A DNA stretch of 20,000 nucleotides from an uncultured Methanosarcinales archaeon (GCA_964630685.1 CAZVVW010000004.1:53454-73453), one strand, 5' to 3'. Shown: positions 1 to 9,587, counted from the stretch's first letter. The notes: generated from the letters alone by a model not told the origin. Program-made: numbers and translations.

Positions 1-179
1 AAGTAAGCTGAAGCTCGTTTTCCTGCTCCAGGAGATGCACCATAATTCTGCCGTTTGTGGCTTTGAATAGTTAGAACTGCTTTTTTAATTATGTCTGCTC
101 TAACTGGTACTGTAAATTGTTTAGGTAATTCTATATCCCTTTTTACAGTTCCTTTAGTGTTTTTTATTTTTAATTTCAT
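1..179 (-). CDS. rpl4: 50S ribosomal protein uL4, 5' part (runs off the window start)
   Basis: Not in the ORF track. ATG at 179-177 overlaps the rpl3 TGA (ATGA). Manual translation MKLKIKNTKGTVKRDIELPKQFTVPVRADIIKKAVLTIQSHKRQNYGASPGAGKRASAY matches the archaeal L4 N-terminus (LP..F...VR.D.I..AV...Q...RQ.YG....AG). Canonical L3-L4 order. Confidence 0.93.
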   Translation of the reverse strand, partial: MKLKIKNTKGTVKRDIELPKQFTVPVRADIIKKAVLTIQSHKRQNYGASPGAGKRASAY

Positions 180-1144
180 TTTTTATTAATATATTCAATG
201 ATTGGTTTTTCTTGAGATATTTTCTTTTTTGATCTTATTGGTTGAGTTAATACAATCAATCTCTTTTTAGGTCCTGGAATTGAACCCTTTATTAATATGA
301 ATGTATTTTTTACTTTTCCATAATGCGCAATTCCACTTTTAGGATTAATTTCTTCAAGGTTTGTTGATATTTTAATTAATTTTTTATTATATTCTGTTCT
401 TGTAAAATAACCAGTTTGACCTGCATGAGCAACTTTCCACATTATATGTGTTTGCCCTTTCCAAGGTCCTAATGATCCAGGGTTTCTTCTAGCTTTTTCT
501 GCCTTATGACTTGTTAAACCAATGCCAAATCTTTTTACAGGTCCTTGAAATCCCCTTCCAGTTGTGATTGCATGAATATCTATTAATTGGGTTTCTTCAA
601 ATATTTGATCTATTGAAATTTCTTTTCCAATATTTTCTTTAATAAAATTTAATTGATCTTCTTTAGTTCCACCAAGTGCAATTTCCATTAGATCTGGTTT
701 TTTCTTTCCAATATCTGTTTGTTTTGGTTGAGTGTAAACTAAAATTTTAATTTCATCATATTTTTCTGGAGAAAGTTGTTTAGTGCTTGTTTTTTTAGGA
801 AGATTCAATCTTCTTTTTAATTCTTTATCAAGATTTTCAACAAGATGTTCAGAAATGAGTTTTAAACCAAAAATGGTTTTTTTGTAGAAGTGAGAAGCAG
901 CGATTTTGAGTGGAGGACATTCAACGATTGTGACTGGCACAGAAATTGATTGGTCTTTAGTCATTGAGTTTGGATCATTGTCCTTCACAATGATATGAGT
1001 CATGCCTGCTTTGTAGCCGATAAATGCCAATGGTTTTGGATCTTTGCTTTTAGCCCAAGACCTTATTCTTGGCTTATGGCTTTTAGCCCTTCGTCTAGGC
1101 CAAAACTGTAAACTTCCGCTTCTTGGTTTGTGTGTGCTAGGCAT
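176..1144 (-). CDS. rpl3: 50S ribosomal protein uL3 (archaeal type)
   Basis: PRSGSLQFWPRRRA, GYKAGMTH, VPVTIVECPP, GRGFQGPVKRFG, AGQTGYFTRTEYNK and KGSIPGPKKRL motifs. Confidence 0.98.
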   Translation of the reverse strand: MPSTHKPRSGSLQFWPRRRAKSHKPRIRSWAKSKDPKPLAFIGYKAGMTHIIVKDNDPNSMTKDQSISVPVTIVECPPLKIAASHFYKKTIFGLKLISEHLVENLDKELKRRLNLPKKTSTKQLSPEKYDEIKILVYTQPKQTDIGKKKPDLMEIALGGTKEDQLNFIKENIGKEISIDQIFEETQLIDIHAITTGRGFQGPVKRFGIGLTSHKAEKARRNPGSLGPWKGQTHIMWKVAHAGQTGYFTRTEYNKKLIKISTNLEEINPKSGIAHYGKVKNTFILIKGSIPGPKKRLIVLTQPIRSKKKISQEKPIIEYINKK

Positions 1145-1156
1145 TTTCTATGTCCC

Positions 1157-1381
1157 TTAATTTTTGTCTGCGCTAAAGACATTAATATTTCCTCTTTTTT
1201 GGAGTACAAAAAGATTTTTTAAATCTTTCTTGGATTTCAAATGACCTTTTAGTAAAGCTTTTTTTATCAAGAAGTATCTTGGTACTGAAAAAGCTTTTTT
1301 TCAGGCCTTGTTTATGCATTATATTTAAACAAAATTAGTCTAAATACTTTCGACAAGTTGTTGTTTTCTATAGAAAACTTG
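1157..1381 (-). promoter_or_regulatory. Candidate structured 5' leader of the rpl3-rpl4 operon
   Basis: Series of consecutive inverted repeats between a TATA-like box (1387-1394) and the rpl3 ATG (1144); see findings. Confidence 0.4.
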
Positions 1382-1384
1382 GTT

Positions 1385-1396
1385 GCTTTATAAAGC
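1385..1396 (-). promoter_or_regulatory. Candidate TATA box for the rpl3 operon
   Basis: Palindromic GCTTTATAAAGC containing TTTATAAA, with a purine-rich GAAAAG just upstream on the minus strand (BRE-like). Confidence 0.45.
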
Positions 1397-1530
1397 TTAT
1401 GCTTTTCTATTTCATTCTATCACTATAAAAAGTAGAAAAGGGGTTTAATTGAAGTAATTTACTTGAATTTAGATTATGATTTGGAGATAACGGTCTTTTC
1501 TTAAAGCAAGTAAAATCCTTAGATTTCACC

Positions 1531-1648
1531 CACAATCAGGAAATAATGGCTGATTATTTCTGAAAGTAAGCAAAATTTTAGATTTTGCTCACAATCAGGA
1601 AATAATGGCTGATTATTTCTGAAAGTAAGCAAAATTTTAGATTTTGCT
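1531..1648. repeat. Exact 59-bp tandem duplication (1531-1589, 1590-1648), with a degenerate partial third copy at about 1504-1530
   Basis: cacaatcaggaaataatggctgattatttctgaaagtaagcaaaattttagattttgct occurs twice back to back. Upstream aagcaagtaaaatccttagatttcacc resembles the unit's 3' half. The second copy contains the topA stop codon. Confidence 0.95.
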
Positions 1649-3829
1649 TATATGTCGACATTTAGGATAGCCTGAGCACCCATAGAATTCTCCGTAAAAA
1701 GATTTTCTTAATACTAGTTCTTTGCCACATTTAGGGCACATTTTTTTCTCTTTTGTTTTTTTATCATCTTTTTTATCTGTTTTATTATTCCTATTTGTTT
1801 TAGAAACGCAATCAGGATTTATGCAAAGTTCTTGTGGCCTTTTTCCCTTTTTTATTACATTGACCATAGGGTAATTACATTCCTTGCATAGGTTTTCTGA
1901 ATTTTTGATTAATCCATTTGGAGGCAATTTAAAGGTGGTTTTACAATCAGGATATTTAGTACATGCAATGAATTTTCCAAATTTACCTCTTTTTATAGTC
2001 AGTTGCCCATTTTTACAAGTTGGACATTTACCTATGTGATTTGCTTTATCTTGAGTTTCTCTTGTAGCATCTATTAATCCTTCACCTATTTCTTTTTCTT
2101 TTTCTTTGAATTGTTTTAATATTTTTTTTAGAATCTCTTTAACTTCATCTAAGACTGTTTCTTTTTTCTTTTTATCTGAACGAATATGTTCCATTTCTTC
2201 TTCAAAATGCCTTGTTAATTTTTCATCTATTATTCCTGGAGAATATTTTTTTAATGTATCCACTGTCGCTAAACCGAGAGAAGTTGCTTCTATGGATTTT
2301 CCTTTAAGATAATTTCTTTGGAACAATTTATCCACTATATCTGCTCTTGTGGATTTTGTGCCTATATTTCTTTTTTCTAATTCTTTGATTATTGAAGATG
2401 GAGTATACCTCTTTGGTGGTTGAGTTTCTTTTGAGTGGATTTTTATTTTTTTTACAGATACACATTCTCCCTGATCCATTTGTGGAAGTTCTTCTTCTTT
2501 TAAGGATAAATAAGGTTGGTAAAAAGTGTGCCACCCAGGTTCTAAGGTAGTTATTCCTTTTGCAACAAAAATTTCTTGATTACAATCCACTTTTGCAGTT
2601 GTTAATTGTCTTTTGGCAATTGGTGCAAAGGTCGATAAAAATCGTTTTACAATCAAATCATATAATTTTTTAGCATGACTATCTTCCAGTTTTTTTGGAA
2701 TTATGCCTGTTGGATAAATAGCTGGATGGGCAGGATCTGATTTTTTACCTTCATTAGGTTTAAGTGTTTTTTTGAGGAGAGCGTCACATAATTCTTTGTA
2801 ATTTTTTTGTTTTGAAAGTTCTTTTATTATTTTGTCATACCCAATTCCTTTTGGTAATTTTTGAGAAGATGTTCTTGGGTAAGATATATAGGAATTTGTG
2901 TATAGATCTTGAGCTATTTGAAGTGTTTTTTTAGGGGGTATTCTTAAGCACCTATATGATTCTATTTGAAGTGTAGTGAGATCAAATGGAAAGGGAGGTA
3001 GTTGATTTTTTTCTTTCTTTTCTATGGATTTTATTGTTGCACTTTGATTTTTTGTTTGTTCGAGCACTTTGTTTGCTTTTTCTTTTTCCCAAAATTTGTC
3101 TTCGATATGCCATGCAATTAAGTTTCCTTGTTTTACATTTCCGTTCAATTCTATTTGCCAGAAAGGTGTTGGAATAAATGCCTTTATTTCCCTATCTCTA
3201 TCTGTTATTATTTTTAGTGATGGACCTTGTACCCTTCCTATGCTTAAAATTTTGAATGCTCCAGTTGCTTTGATTGAAGCAGTTAATGCCCTACTTAGAT
3301 TTATACCATACATCCAATCAAGAAAATGTCTGGTTTCTCCTGCATTTGCTTGCCCCCAATCTATATTGGGAGATTTGTTTTCATAAGCTTTTATTAAATC
3401 AGGTTTAGTTAATGTTGAAAATTTCATTCTGTTAGCATCTTTTTTTTGTAATGCGAATCTTACTATATTTAGGCCAATAACTTCCCCTTCAATATCATAA
3501 TCGCAAGCTATAGTGAATTCTGAAGCCCCTTTTGATAATTTTTTTAGATTAAGAAGATAATCTTTTGAATATTTTTGGGCTTTATTCATGGAAGCAGTAT
3601 CTACCCAATGCATATTGAATACAGGATAAGCCCATCCATTTTTTTCTTTTTCATCTACAGAATAAAGATGTCCTACCGCAGAAGCAACTATGATTTCTTT
3701 ATTATTGTGAGTTATTTTATAATAAGGAACTTTTCTTTTGTAGGTTTCTTTTTGGGGAGTTTTGTCTGCTAATGCAGTTGCAATCTTAAGTGCAGCACTT
3801 GGTTTTTCGCAAATTATTAGTTCATACAT
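1637..3829 (-). CDS. topA: DNA topoisomerase IA with three C-terminal zinc ribbons
   Basis: TOPRIM motifs (ICEKPS, GHL, ACDYDIEGEVIG), SIGRVQGP, catalytic ISYPRT, GTKSTR, and three C4 ribbons (CPTC..C..YPDC, CKEC..C.NPDC, CPKC..C..YPKC). ATG at 3829 (MYELIICEKP) preferred over the track's TTG at 3853. Confidence 0.96.
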   Translation of the reverse strand: MYELIICEKPSAALKIATALADKTPQKETYKRKVPYYKITHNNKEIIVASAVGHLYSVDEKEKNGWAYPVFNMHWVDTASMNKAQKYSKDYLLNLKKLSKGASEFTIACDYDIEGEVIGLNIVRFALQKKDANRMKFSTLTKPDLIKAYENKSPNIDWGQANAGETRHFLDWMYGINLSRALTASIKATGAFKILSIGRVQGPSLKIITDRDREIKAFIPTPFWQIELNGNVKQGNLIAWHIEDKFWEKEKANKVLEQTKNQSATIKSIEKKEKNQLPPFPFDLTTLQIESYRCLRIPPKKTLQIAQDLYTNSYISYPRTSSQKLPKGIGYDKIIKELSKQKNYKELCDALLKKTLKPNEGKKSDPAHPAIYPTGIIPKKLEDSHAKKLYDLIVKRFLSTFAPIAKRQLTTAKVDCNQEIFVAKGITTLEPGWHTFYQPYLSLKEEELPQMDQGECVSVKKIKIHSKETQPPKRYTPSSIIKELEKRNIGTKSTRADIVDKLFQRNYLKGKSIEATSLGLATVDTLKKYSPGIIDEKLTRHFEEEMEHIRSDKKKKETVLDEVKEILKKILKQFKEKEKEIGEGLIDATRETQDKANHIGKCPTCKNGQLTIKRGKFGKFIACTKYPDCKTTFKLPPNGLIKNSENLCKECNYPMVNVIKKGKRPQELCINPDCVSKTNRNNKTDKKDDKKTKEKKMCPKCGKELVLRKSFYGEFYGCSGYPKCRHISKI

Positions 3830-3878
3830 TTTTGAATTGGGTGAAGAAACCAAAAAAAGCGCTCATATAATAATGTTA

Positions 3879-5222
3879 CTATTCTTTGTTTTTCTTAGGT
3901 TTTGAGGGGTTTTCTTTTTGTTTTTTATGTTTTTTAGGTTTTTTATTGAGATAAATAGTTTTTCTAATAGTATAACTTACAGGGTTTTTTATTTTGTTAC
4001 ATAAATTGTCAGGATTACAAATTCCCAATTCTTTGTAATACAAATCATTGGAACAATTAGGTGGAAGGATTTTCTTTTTTTGTGCTTTATGATATCTTAA
4101 TTGTCCAACTGAATAAACTTCCCTCATTTCTTCAGGGTTGTTTTTGTTCCATTTTTTTAAAAGTTCTTCGATATCATCATAAGACCAACCTACACTAGTT
4201 AAGAAGTTTATAATGATAAACAAAAATCTTTTTTTCCCATCCTCTAAACCTTTTAATCCTTGGGTTATACAAGGTGGAAAGAATTGTTCTGGCATTTTTG
4301 TTTTAATCTCAAAGTGATCTTTGTTTTTTTCTTTTAATGAGGGGTGTTCTTCTTTTTTTACTTCAAAATCAAAGGATTGTACTATTAGTTTTTTTGCTTC
4401 ATTTTCTTTTGCATTCGAATCATCTAGAAATTTAAATTTTGAAATAGTTACATCTTTTGCTTTTGCATGTTCAAGTCTAAAATCAAGAACTTTGTCAGGA
4501 TTTAAGGGAATGCTTACTAGGCCACTTTTTTCATTGAAGGCATAGGGCATTCTGATCAAATGTCTACTCGATATTAAAATAGTATCCACTTCTAAAACTG
4601 TGAAAGGATCGAATTTATTTTCTTTTACTATTTCTTTGAAAGGTTTACCTGTTTTTTTAATTATTTCAGTTATGGTATTCAGTTTTAAAAGTTCTTTTGC
4701 TAAAGGTTTTTTGATCATTTCTTTTAGATATTCTGCTATTTTTCTTGGTCCTTCTGGAAAGAGGTATTTTGTTTCTTGTTGATGTATCTTTTTTGGAAAG
4801 GCTTTGAAAGGTACCGCAATGTGGAAACCAGAACCTCCTGAGAACTTACAAGAAACTGAATTTATTCCTTGGTATTTTAGGGCTTTGATTAATAGGTCTG
4901 TAGTTATTCTTCCATATTCTACAAATTTACAATCAATATCTAAAATGAGATCCCAACCAATTCTTAATTCATCTAATTCTTTCTTTTTTAGAGAAGGGCC
5001 TAGTCGCGCAGGATTTGACCAGAGTTCTTCTGACATGTGGAAAGAAGTTGCTCCACGTTTCGTTAGTTCTAATACATCTTGAGGGTAGCTTAGGGTGTCT
5101 GGTCTTGCACCAAATCCTTCACCGAATCTTGTGGCGATTTCTCTGTTTTTAGAATAATGAACTAATTCTTTTTGGATTTCTGGTCTTTTGTAATGAAGCA
5201 GTGCTGCGCTTAATGTTACCAT
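3879..5222 (-). CDS. priS-priL: Fused DNA primase: PriS catalytic domain plus PriL Fe-S C-terminal domain
   Basis: AEP motifs WDLILDID, FSGGSGFH and RMPY, followed by PriL-CTD motifs FFPPCI, PPNC and CNPDNLC..IKNP (four Cys). Confidence 0.9.
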   Translation of the reverse strand: MVTLSAALLHYKRPEIQKELVHYSKNREIATRFGEGFGARPDTLSYPQDVLELTKRGATSFHMSEELWSNPARLGPSLKKKELDELRIGWDLILDIDCKFVEYGRITTDLLIKALKYQGINSVSCKFSGGSGFHIAVPFKAFPKKIHQQETKYLFPEGPRKIAEYLKEMIKKPLAKELLKLNTITEIIKKTGKPFKEIVKENKFDPFTVLEVDTILISSRHLIRMPYAFNEKSGLVSIPLNPDKVLDFRLEHAKAKDVTISKFKFLDDSNAKENEAKKLIVQSFDFEVKKEEHPSLKEKNKDHFEIKTKMPEQFFPPCITQGLKGLEDGKKRFLFIIINFLTSVGWSYDDIEELLKKWNKNNPEEMREVYSVGQLRYHKAQKKKILPPNCSNDLYYKELGICNPDNLCNKIKNPVSYTIRKTIYLNKKPKKHKKQKENPSKPKKNKE

Positions 5223-5320
5223 TTTATTGATTGTAAGGTTAAGGGTTATATATCTTTTTTGTTAATTGAGAGTATATATAATTAGTTAGTTTTTTATATT
5301 ATTGAGGCGTTTACGTTTTT

Positions 5321-6166
5321 ATGGGAATTGGAAACCAAGTTAAAACAATTGTATTATTAGGATTATTGACTGCTTTGCTGTTATGGATAGGTAGTTTTTG
5401 GGGTAAAAGTGGATTGATTATTGGATTGGTTTTTGCTTTAGTAATGAATTTTGGAAGTTATTGGTTTTCTGATAAGATTGTTTTAAAGATGTATAAAGCT
5501 AAAGAGGTTACTGAAGTCCAGGAGCCAAGATTATGGAAAATGGTGAAAGAGGTTTCTCATCTGGCTCATTTACCCATGCCTAAAGTTTATGTGGTGCCGA
5601 GTGGTGCTGCAAATGCGTTTGCTACTGGAAGAAATCCACATAATGCTGCTGTTGCTTGCACACAAGGAATATTAGAACTTTTGAATGATTCAGAGTTAAA
5701 AGGGGTAATTGCTCATGAGATGAGCCATATTAAAAATAGAGATATTTTAATTTCAACTATTGCTGCAACTATTGCTGGAGTGATAAGTTATGTTGCTATG
5801 ATGGCTAGATGGGGTGCTATGTTTGGTGGTTTTGGCCGTGATAGGGATGGAGGAAATATGATTCAGTTATTGGTGTTAGCTATTCTTACACCTATTATTG
5901 CTACAATTTTACAATTGGCTATTTCTAGAAGTAGAGAGTTTTTAGCTGATGCAAGTGCTGCTAAGATATTACATAATCCACATGGATTGGTTGGGGCTCT
6001 TGAGAAATTGAATAGTAATGTTAAAAGGCATCCATTGCGTTTTGGTAATCAAGCAACTTCTTCTTTATTTATTGTGAATCCTTTTAAGGCTGGAGGGTTG
6101 ATGGGTCTATTTAGTACACATCCTAAAATGGAAGAAAGGATATCTAAGTTGAAAGCGATGGAATAA
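5321..6166 (+). CDS. htpX: Membrane zinc metalloprotease HtpX (peptidase M48)
   Basis: Two N-terminal TM segments, NAFATGRNP, AHEMSH (HExxH), AISRSREFLAD, LFSTHP...ERI. Confidence 0.97.
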   Translation: MGIGNQVKTIVLLGLLTALLLWIGSFWGKSGLIIGLVFALVMNFGSYWFSDKIVLKMYKAKEVTEVQEPRLWKMVKEVSHLAHLPMPKVYVVPSGAANAFATGRNPHNAAVACTQGILELLNDSELKGVIAHEMSHIKNRDILISTIAATIAGVISYVAMMARWGAMFGGFGRDRDGGNMIQLLVLAILTPIIATILQLAISRSREFLADASAAKILHNPHGLVGALEKLNSNVKRHPLRFGNQATSSLFIVNPFKAGGLMGLFSTHPKMEERISKLKAME

Positions 6167-6196
6167 TTATCTTTGATTATTTATATCTATGAAGAA

Positions 6197-8404
6197 TTAA
6201 TTTGATTCATATTCTGTATCAACAATCTCTTTTATCTTTTTTGCTTTTGTGGTGCCTATTTTTTCAACTTTTATGAGTTCTGTTTGTTTTGCGTTGATTA
6301 TGTTTTTTATTGTTTTAAATTCTTTGAGAAGAGGTTTTGCTAGTGTTGAGCCAATACTTGGAAGAGCACTTACTAAGTATTCTTGCTGTTCTTTTAGACT
6401 ACGGGAACTTTTGTTGCTGTGAGGGGTGAAAGAGTCTTTATTTTTTTCTTGTTCTCTTTTAGCTATTATATATAGGAGTGAAGCTGTTTCTTCTGCATCT
6501 ATTGTTTTTATTATAGGTATCTTATAATCAATAGCTATTGTTGCTAACATCCCCCTTATTGAGTTTGGATGTACTCTTCTTACTTTGTAGATGTCTTGTT
6601 CTCCTTCTATAACTATTATGGGTGAATCATAGTTTTCTTTTAGATTTTTTATCTGTTCTAGAAGCCTGCCGTCTACTATTGAGTTGACGAAGTCGAGGGG
6701 AGTTTTGAATTCTACTGCAGCTCTTTCACTACAGAGATAATCTGCACTTTTCAGCTGTTGAAGTTTTATTTCTACACCTTTAGCTATTAGGTTTTTTATT
6801 ATAGCTGAACTTCTTTCTCTATGGTCTGCGAAAATTAGTAGATTGTGATTAGGAATAAATTCTTTCAGTGTAGGTTGTTCTTTTTTTCTTAAGGGGGAAG
6901 AGATTTTATTTTTCAGGGTTTCAAGAATCCCATGCATCTTTTTTTGTTTATGGTGGGCGCTCCATCTGAAAGCAACATCTCGTGTGTTTTTAGTTAGAAG
7001 TATAATGACTTTTCCTTTTTCTAGTCTTCCTGTTCTTCCTTTTCTTTGTATGTGGCGAATAGCGCTAGGTATTGGTTCATAGAAAACAACTAGATCTACT
7101 TTTGGAATATCCAATCCTTCTTCAGCTATAGATGTTGCTACAAGAATATTGAATTTGTTTTCTCTGAAATCATCAAGTATTGCTTTTTGTTCTTTTTGAC
7201 TGAGACCAATCCCCTTTTTTTTTAATTGCCCAACAAAAAGATTTGCTTTAGCCCCTTTTAGTTTATTTAATTCTGAAACTATCTTGGATGCAGAATCTCT
7301 ATATTGGTTGAAAATTAAAATTTTGGTGTTTGTTTTTAATTCCTGAGTTATTATTTTTCTTAATTTGATTAATTTTGGATGTTCCATTTTTTCATCAATC
7401 AATCTTTCTGTGAGTAGAAATACTGATTTGAAATTTGGGTCTGCTACAAGATTTTTGACTGCTTTTATTTTTGTGGTGATTGACTGGGACCTTAATTTTT
7501 GTAGATATTGGTAGATGGTAGAAATTCCCTGTGTTTCTATTAATTCTTGGGCATGTTGTATTTTAATTATTTCTGCAACCAATGAAATAGATTGCCATAA
7601 AGTGTAGTTTGTTCTTTCTTGAGTTGCTTGTTTATGGAGTTCTGTTTGCATCCCCAATAATTCTCTTTTATTGATATATGCTAATGGTTTTTTTATAATT
7701 CCCCAAGATTTTAATTTTTGCAATCTTTCTTTTGCTGTGTTTTCAAGTAGAGTTTTTATTTTCTTTAATTTTTCTGGGAGTTCTACTTCCACCCACATTA
7801 ATTCTGTTTCTTGGACATAAGGTCTGACATCTGGATCTTGTTCTGTTCTTACTTCAACCTCTTCTATGAAAAGATTTTCACATACTTCTGTGATTTTTTC
7901 TATCTCTGAACCTGGAGAAGCAGTAAGTCCTATTATTCTTGGATATTTTGCTAATTTATTATATTGTTTTGCAACCCAAACATAAGCATAATTACTCACT
8001 GCTCTGTGGGCTTCATCTACTCCAAGAAGGCTCACTTCCTTTAGGTTGATTCTTTTTGAGATTATATCATTTTCAATGCTCTGTGGTGTGCTGAAGATTA
8101 TTTTTGAATTTTTCCACAATTCTATTCTTTTCTTGGGTGGTGTCGCCCCTGTAAAAATAGCCATATCTTTTGGGTTTGTGCTAAAGTTTTTTTTGAAGGC
8201 CAAAAAATATTGATCAATTAAAGGTTTTGTAGGCCCAACCAATAATATTTTGGATTTTGGATATTGGGTTAATCTTTGGGCGGCTAACATGAGAAAAATA
8301 TTTGTTTTTCCAAGACCTGTTGGAAGCACAACTAAAGTATTTTTTATTGATGCTGTAGCTAAGATTGTTTCTTGATATAATCTAGGAGTAAAATTTTTAA
8401 TCAT
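6197..8404 (-). CDS. hef: Hef/FANCM-like SF2 helicase fused to ERCC4/XPF nuclease and HhH domains
   Basis: PRLYQ, LPTGLGKT, DEAH, LTASPGS, ATSIAEEGLDIP, QRKGRTGR; then ADHRE, ADY, VEFKTPLDFVNSIVDGRLLEQ and two HhH hairpins (LPSIG, VEKIG). Confidence 0.95.
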   Translation of the reverse strand: MIKNFTPRLYQETILATASIKNTLVVLPTGLGKTNIFLMLAAQRLTQYPKSKILLVGPTKPLIDQYFLAFKKNFSTNPKDMAIFTGATPPKKRIELWKNSKIIFSTPQSIENDIISKRINLKEVSLLGVDEAHRAVSNYAYVWVAKQYNKLAKYPRIIGLTASPGSEIEKITEVCENLFIEEVEVRTEQDPDVRPYVQETELMWVEVELPEKLKKIKTLLENTAKERLQKLKSWGIIKKPLAYINKRELLGMQTELHKQATQERTNYTLWQSISLVAEIIKIQHAQELIETQGISTIYQYLQKLRSQSITTKIKAVKNLVADPNFKSVFLLTERLIDEKMEHPKLIKLRKIITQELKTNTKILIFNQYRDSASKIVSELNKLKGAKANLFVGQLKKKGIGLSQKEQKAILDDFRENKFNILVATSIAEEGLDIPKVDLVVFYEPIPSAIRHIQRKGRTGRLEKGKVIILLTKNTRDVAFRWSAHHKQKKMHGILETLKNKISSPLRKKEQPTLKEFIPNHNLLIFADHRERSSAIIKNLIAKGVEIKLQQLKSADYLCSERAAVEFKTPLDFVNSIVDGRLLEQIKNLKENYDSPIIVIEGEQDIYKVRRVHPNSIRGMLATIAIDYKIPIIKTIDAEETASLLYIIAKREQEKNKDSFTPHSNKSSRSLKEQQEYLVSALPSIGSTLAKPLLKEFKTIKNIINAKQTELIKVEKIGTTKAKKIKEIVDTEYESN

Positions 8405-8521
8405 AAAATTGAGATAGACTATTAGTTTATATAGATTTATAGCTTTTTATTCTTATTTTTGATTGTATATAATCTAATTCTAAATGGGTCGAAGGGTTTT
8501 AATTTTGTTTATTTGATTTAG

Positions 8522-8830
8522 CTATTTTAAATATTTATTTTCGTGTAAATAATAACTAAACAATGCACCTATTAAGAATAAAAGAAGAGTTACGAATTTA
8601 TTACCATAATAACTTCCAAGAATATATCCTATTAAGAATCCTACAATGACTATAAAATAAGGTATTTTTACATTTTTTCTTTGCTGAAACCAGAATCTTC
8701 CAACAATCATTCCACAGAGAAATATAATAATGTAACTTAGGAATGCGCTCCCTGATGAAGTTGCCAGAAAAAATCCAATTACTAATAATATAAATGCTGA
8801 AATTTCTGCCCAATCTTTTGAAAAATTCAT
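8522..8830 (-). CDS. Small integral membrane protein (about 102 aa, about 4 hydrophobic segments), function unknown
   Basis: ATG at 8830 lies 4 nt after the M50 stop, so it is preferred over the track's 8890 start, which overlaps the M50 gene. Sequence MNFSKDWAEISAFILLVIGFF... is highly hydrophobic. Confidence 0.75.
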   Translation of the reverse strand: MNFSKDWAEISAFILLVIGFFLATSSGSAFLSYIIIFLCGMIVGRFWFQQRKNVKIPYFIVIVGFLIGYILGSYYGNKFVTLLLFLIGALFSYYLHENKYLK

Positions 8831-8834
8831 TTTA

Positions 8835-9587
8835 TTATATAGCCTCCTTTTCAAAATAAATGTAAAACAATAACCAAGCGATTCCTGCAATTAATAATGC
8901 AAAAATCCATGAATAAATACTAAAATAAACCAATAGCCCATAACCTGCTATGAATCCAAATAAGGTTATGTAAAATAATCTAGAATAAAAAAATGTGTGA
9001 ATGCCATCTAAGGGTGGGATTGGTAAAAGGTTGAATACTGCAACTGCCCAATTAATCAAAAATGCTTTATGAACTAGAGCTGTATTAATGGGTAGTGTAG
9101 GGAACCAGAGAACCAATGTTTTTAATAGTGTTGCGAGCACTATATTTGCTAAAGATCCTGCTAATCCTATCATCCCTAAATCTATAGGTCTTATACCATA
9201 TCTGAATTTTCCAAGTTTTTGAATTGCTAAATGATGGAGAGTCATACCACTTAAGGCAAAGAACCACAAATATCCTCTTGAGATTATACAAAGTATAATT
9301 GCGGCTGCAATTCCATACCACCAAATTCTAGTTTTTACTTCATATCCACGGTGGACACCATATAATTTATGGGCAGATTCATGAACGATAATCGCTAGTA
9401 GAGATATAATAGTAGCATTAATTAAGTTTTTTAAACCCACAAAGAATTCAAATTCTACTCCATATCCCCATTCTCTGTATGAAGCTATGAAACCAAACAC
9501 TAATGCAGCGATTAGTATCCCAGTCACCTCTTCTTTACTGAACTTGAAGTAACGCTTTACTTTATCTTGAAAGTCGCGAAATCCCAT
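8835..9587 (-). CDS. Site-2 protease family (M50) intramembrane metalloprotease
   Basis: HESAH (HExxH), AGSLAN, NLLPIPPLDG (NxxPxxxLDG) and multiple TM segments. Confidence 0.92.
   Translation of the reverse strand: MGFRDFQDKVKRYFKFSKEEVTGILIAALVFGFIASYREWGYGVEFEFFVGLKNLINATIISLLAIIVHESAHKLYGVHRGYEVKTRIWWYGIAAAIILCIISRGYLWFFALSGMTLHHLAIQKLGKFRYGIRPIDLGMIGLAGSLANIVLATLLKTLVLWFPTLPINTALVHKAFLINWAVAVFNLLPIPPLDGIHTFFYSRLFYITLFGFIAGYGLLVYFSIYSWIFALLIAGIAWLLFYIYFEKEAI

Noticed and set aside
1504..1648. Mini CRISPR array (palindromic repeat with spacers of about 37 nt)
   Set aside because: The two would-be spacers are identical and themselves palindromic, there are no cas genes in the window, and one unit overlaps the topA coding end. 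A tandem duplication explains it better.
2106..5082. Short alternative-frame or antisense ORFs inside topA and the primase (2106-2312, 2328-2534, 2986-3177, 3069-3386, 3575-3772, 4321-4545, 4600-4782, 4804-5082)
   Set aside because: Fully nested in well-supported genes, biased shadow-ORF composition, and no recognisable motifs.
6600..6850. Inactivated Hef nuclease (ERK motif reads EFK, GDY reads ADY)
   Set aside because: The acidic and lysine residues (D of DY, E, K and downstream D) are retained, so inactivity cannot be claimed from these substitutions.
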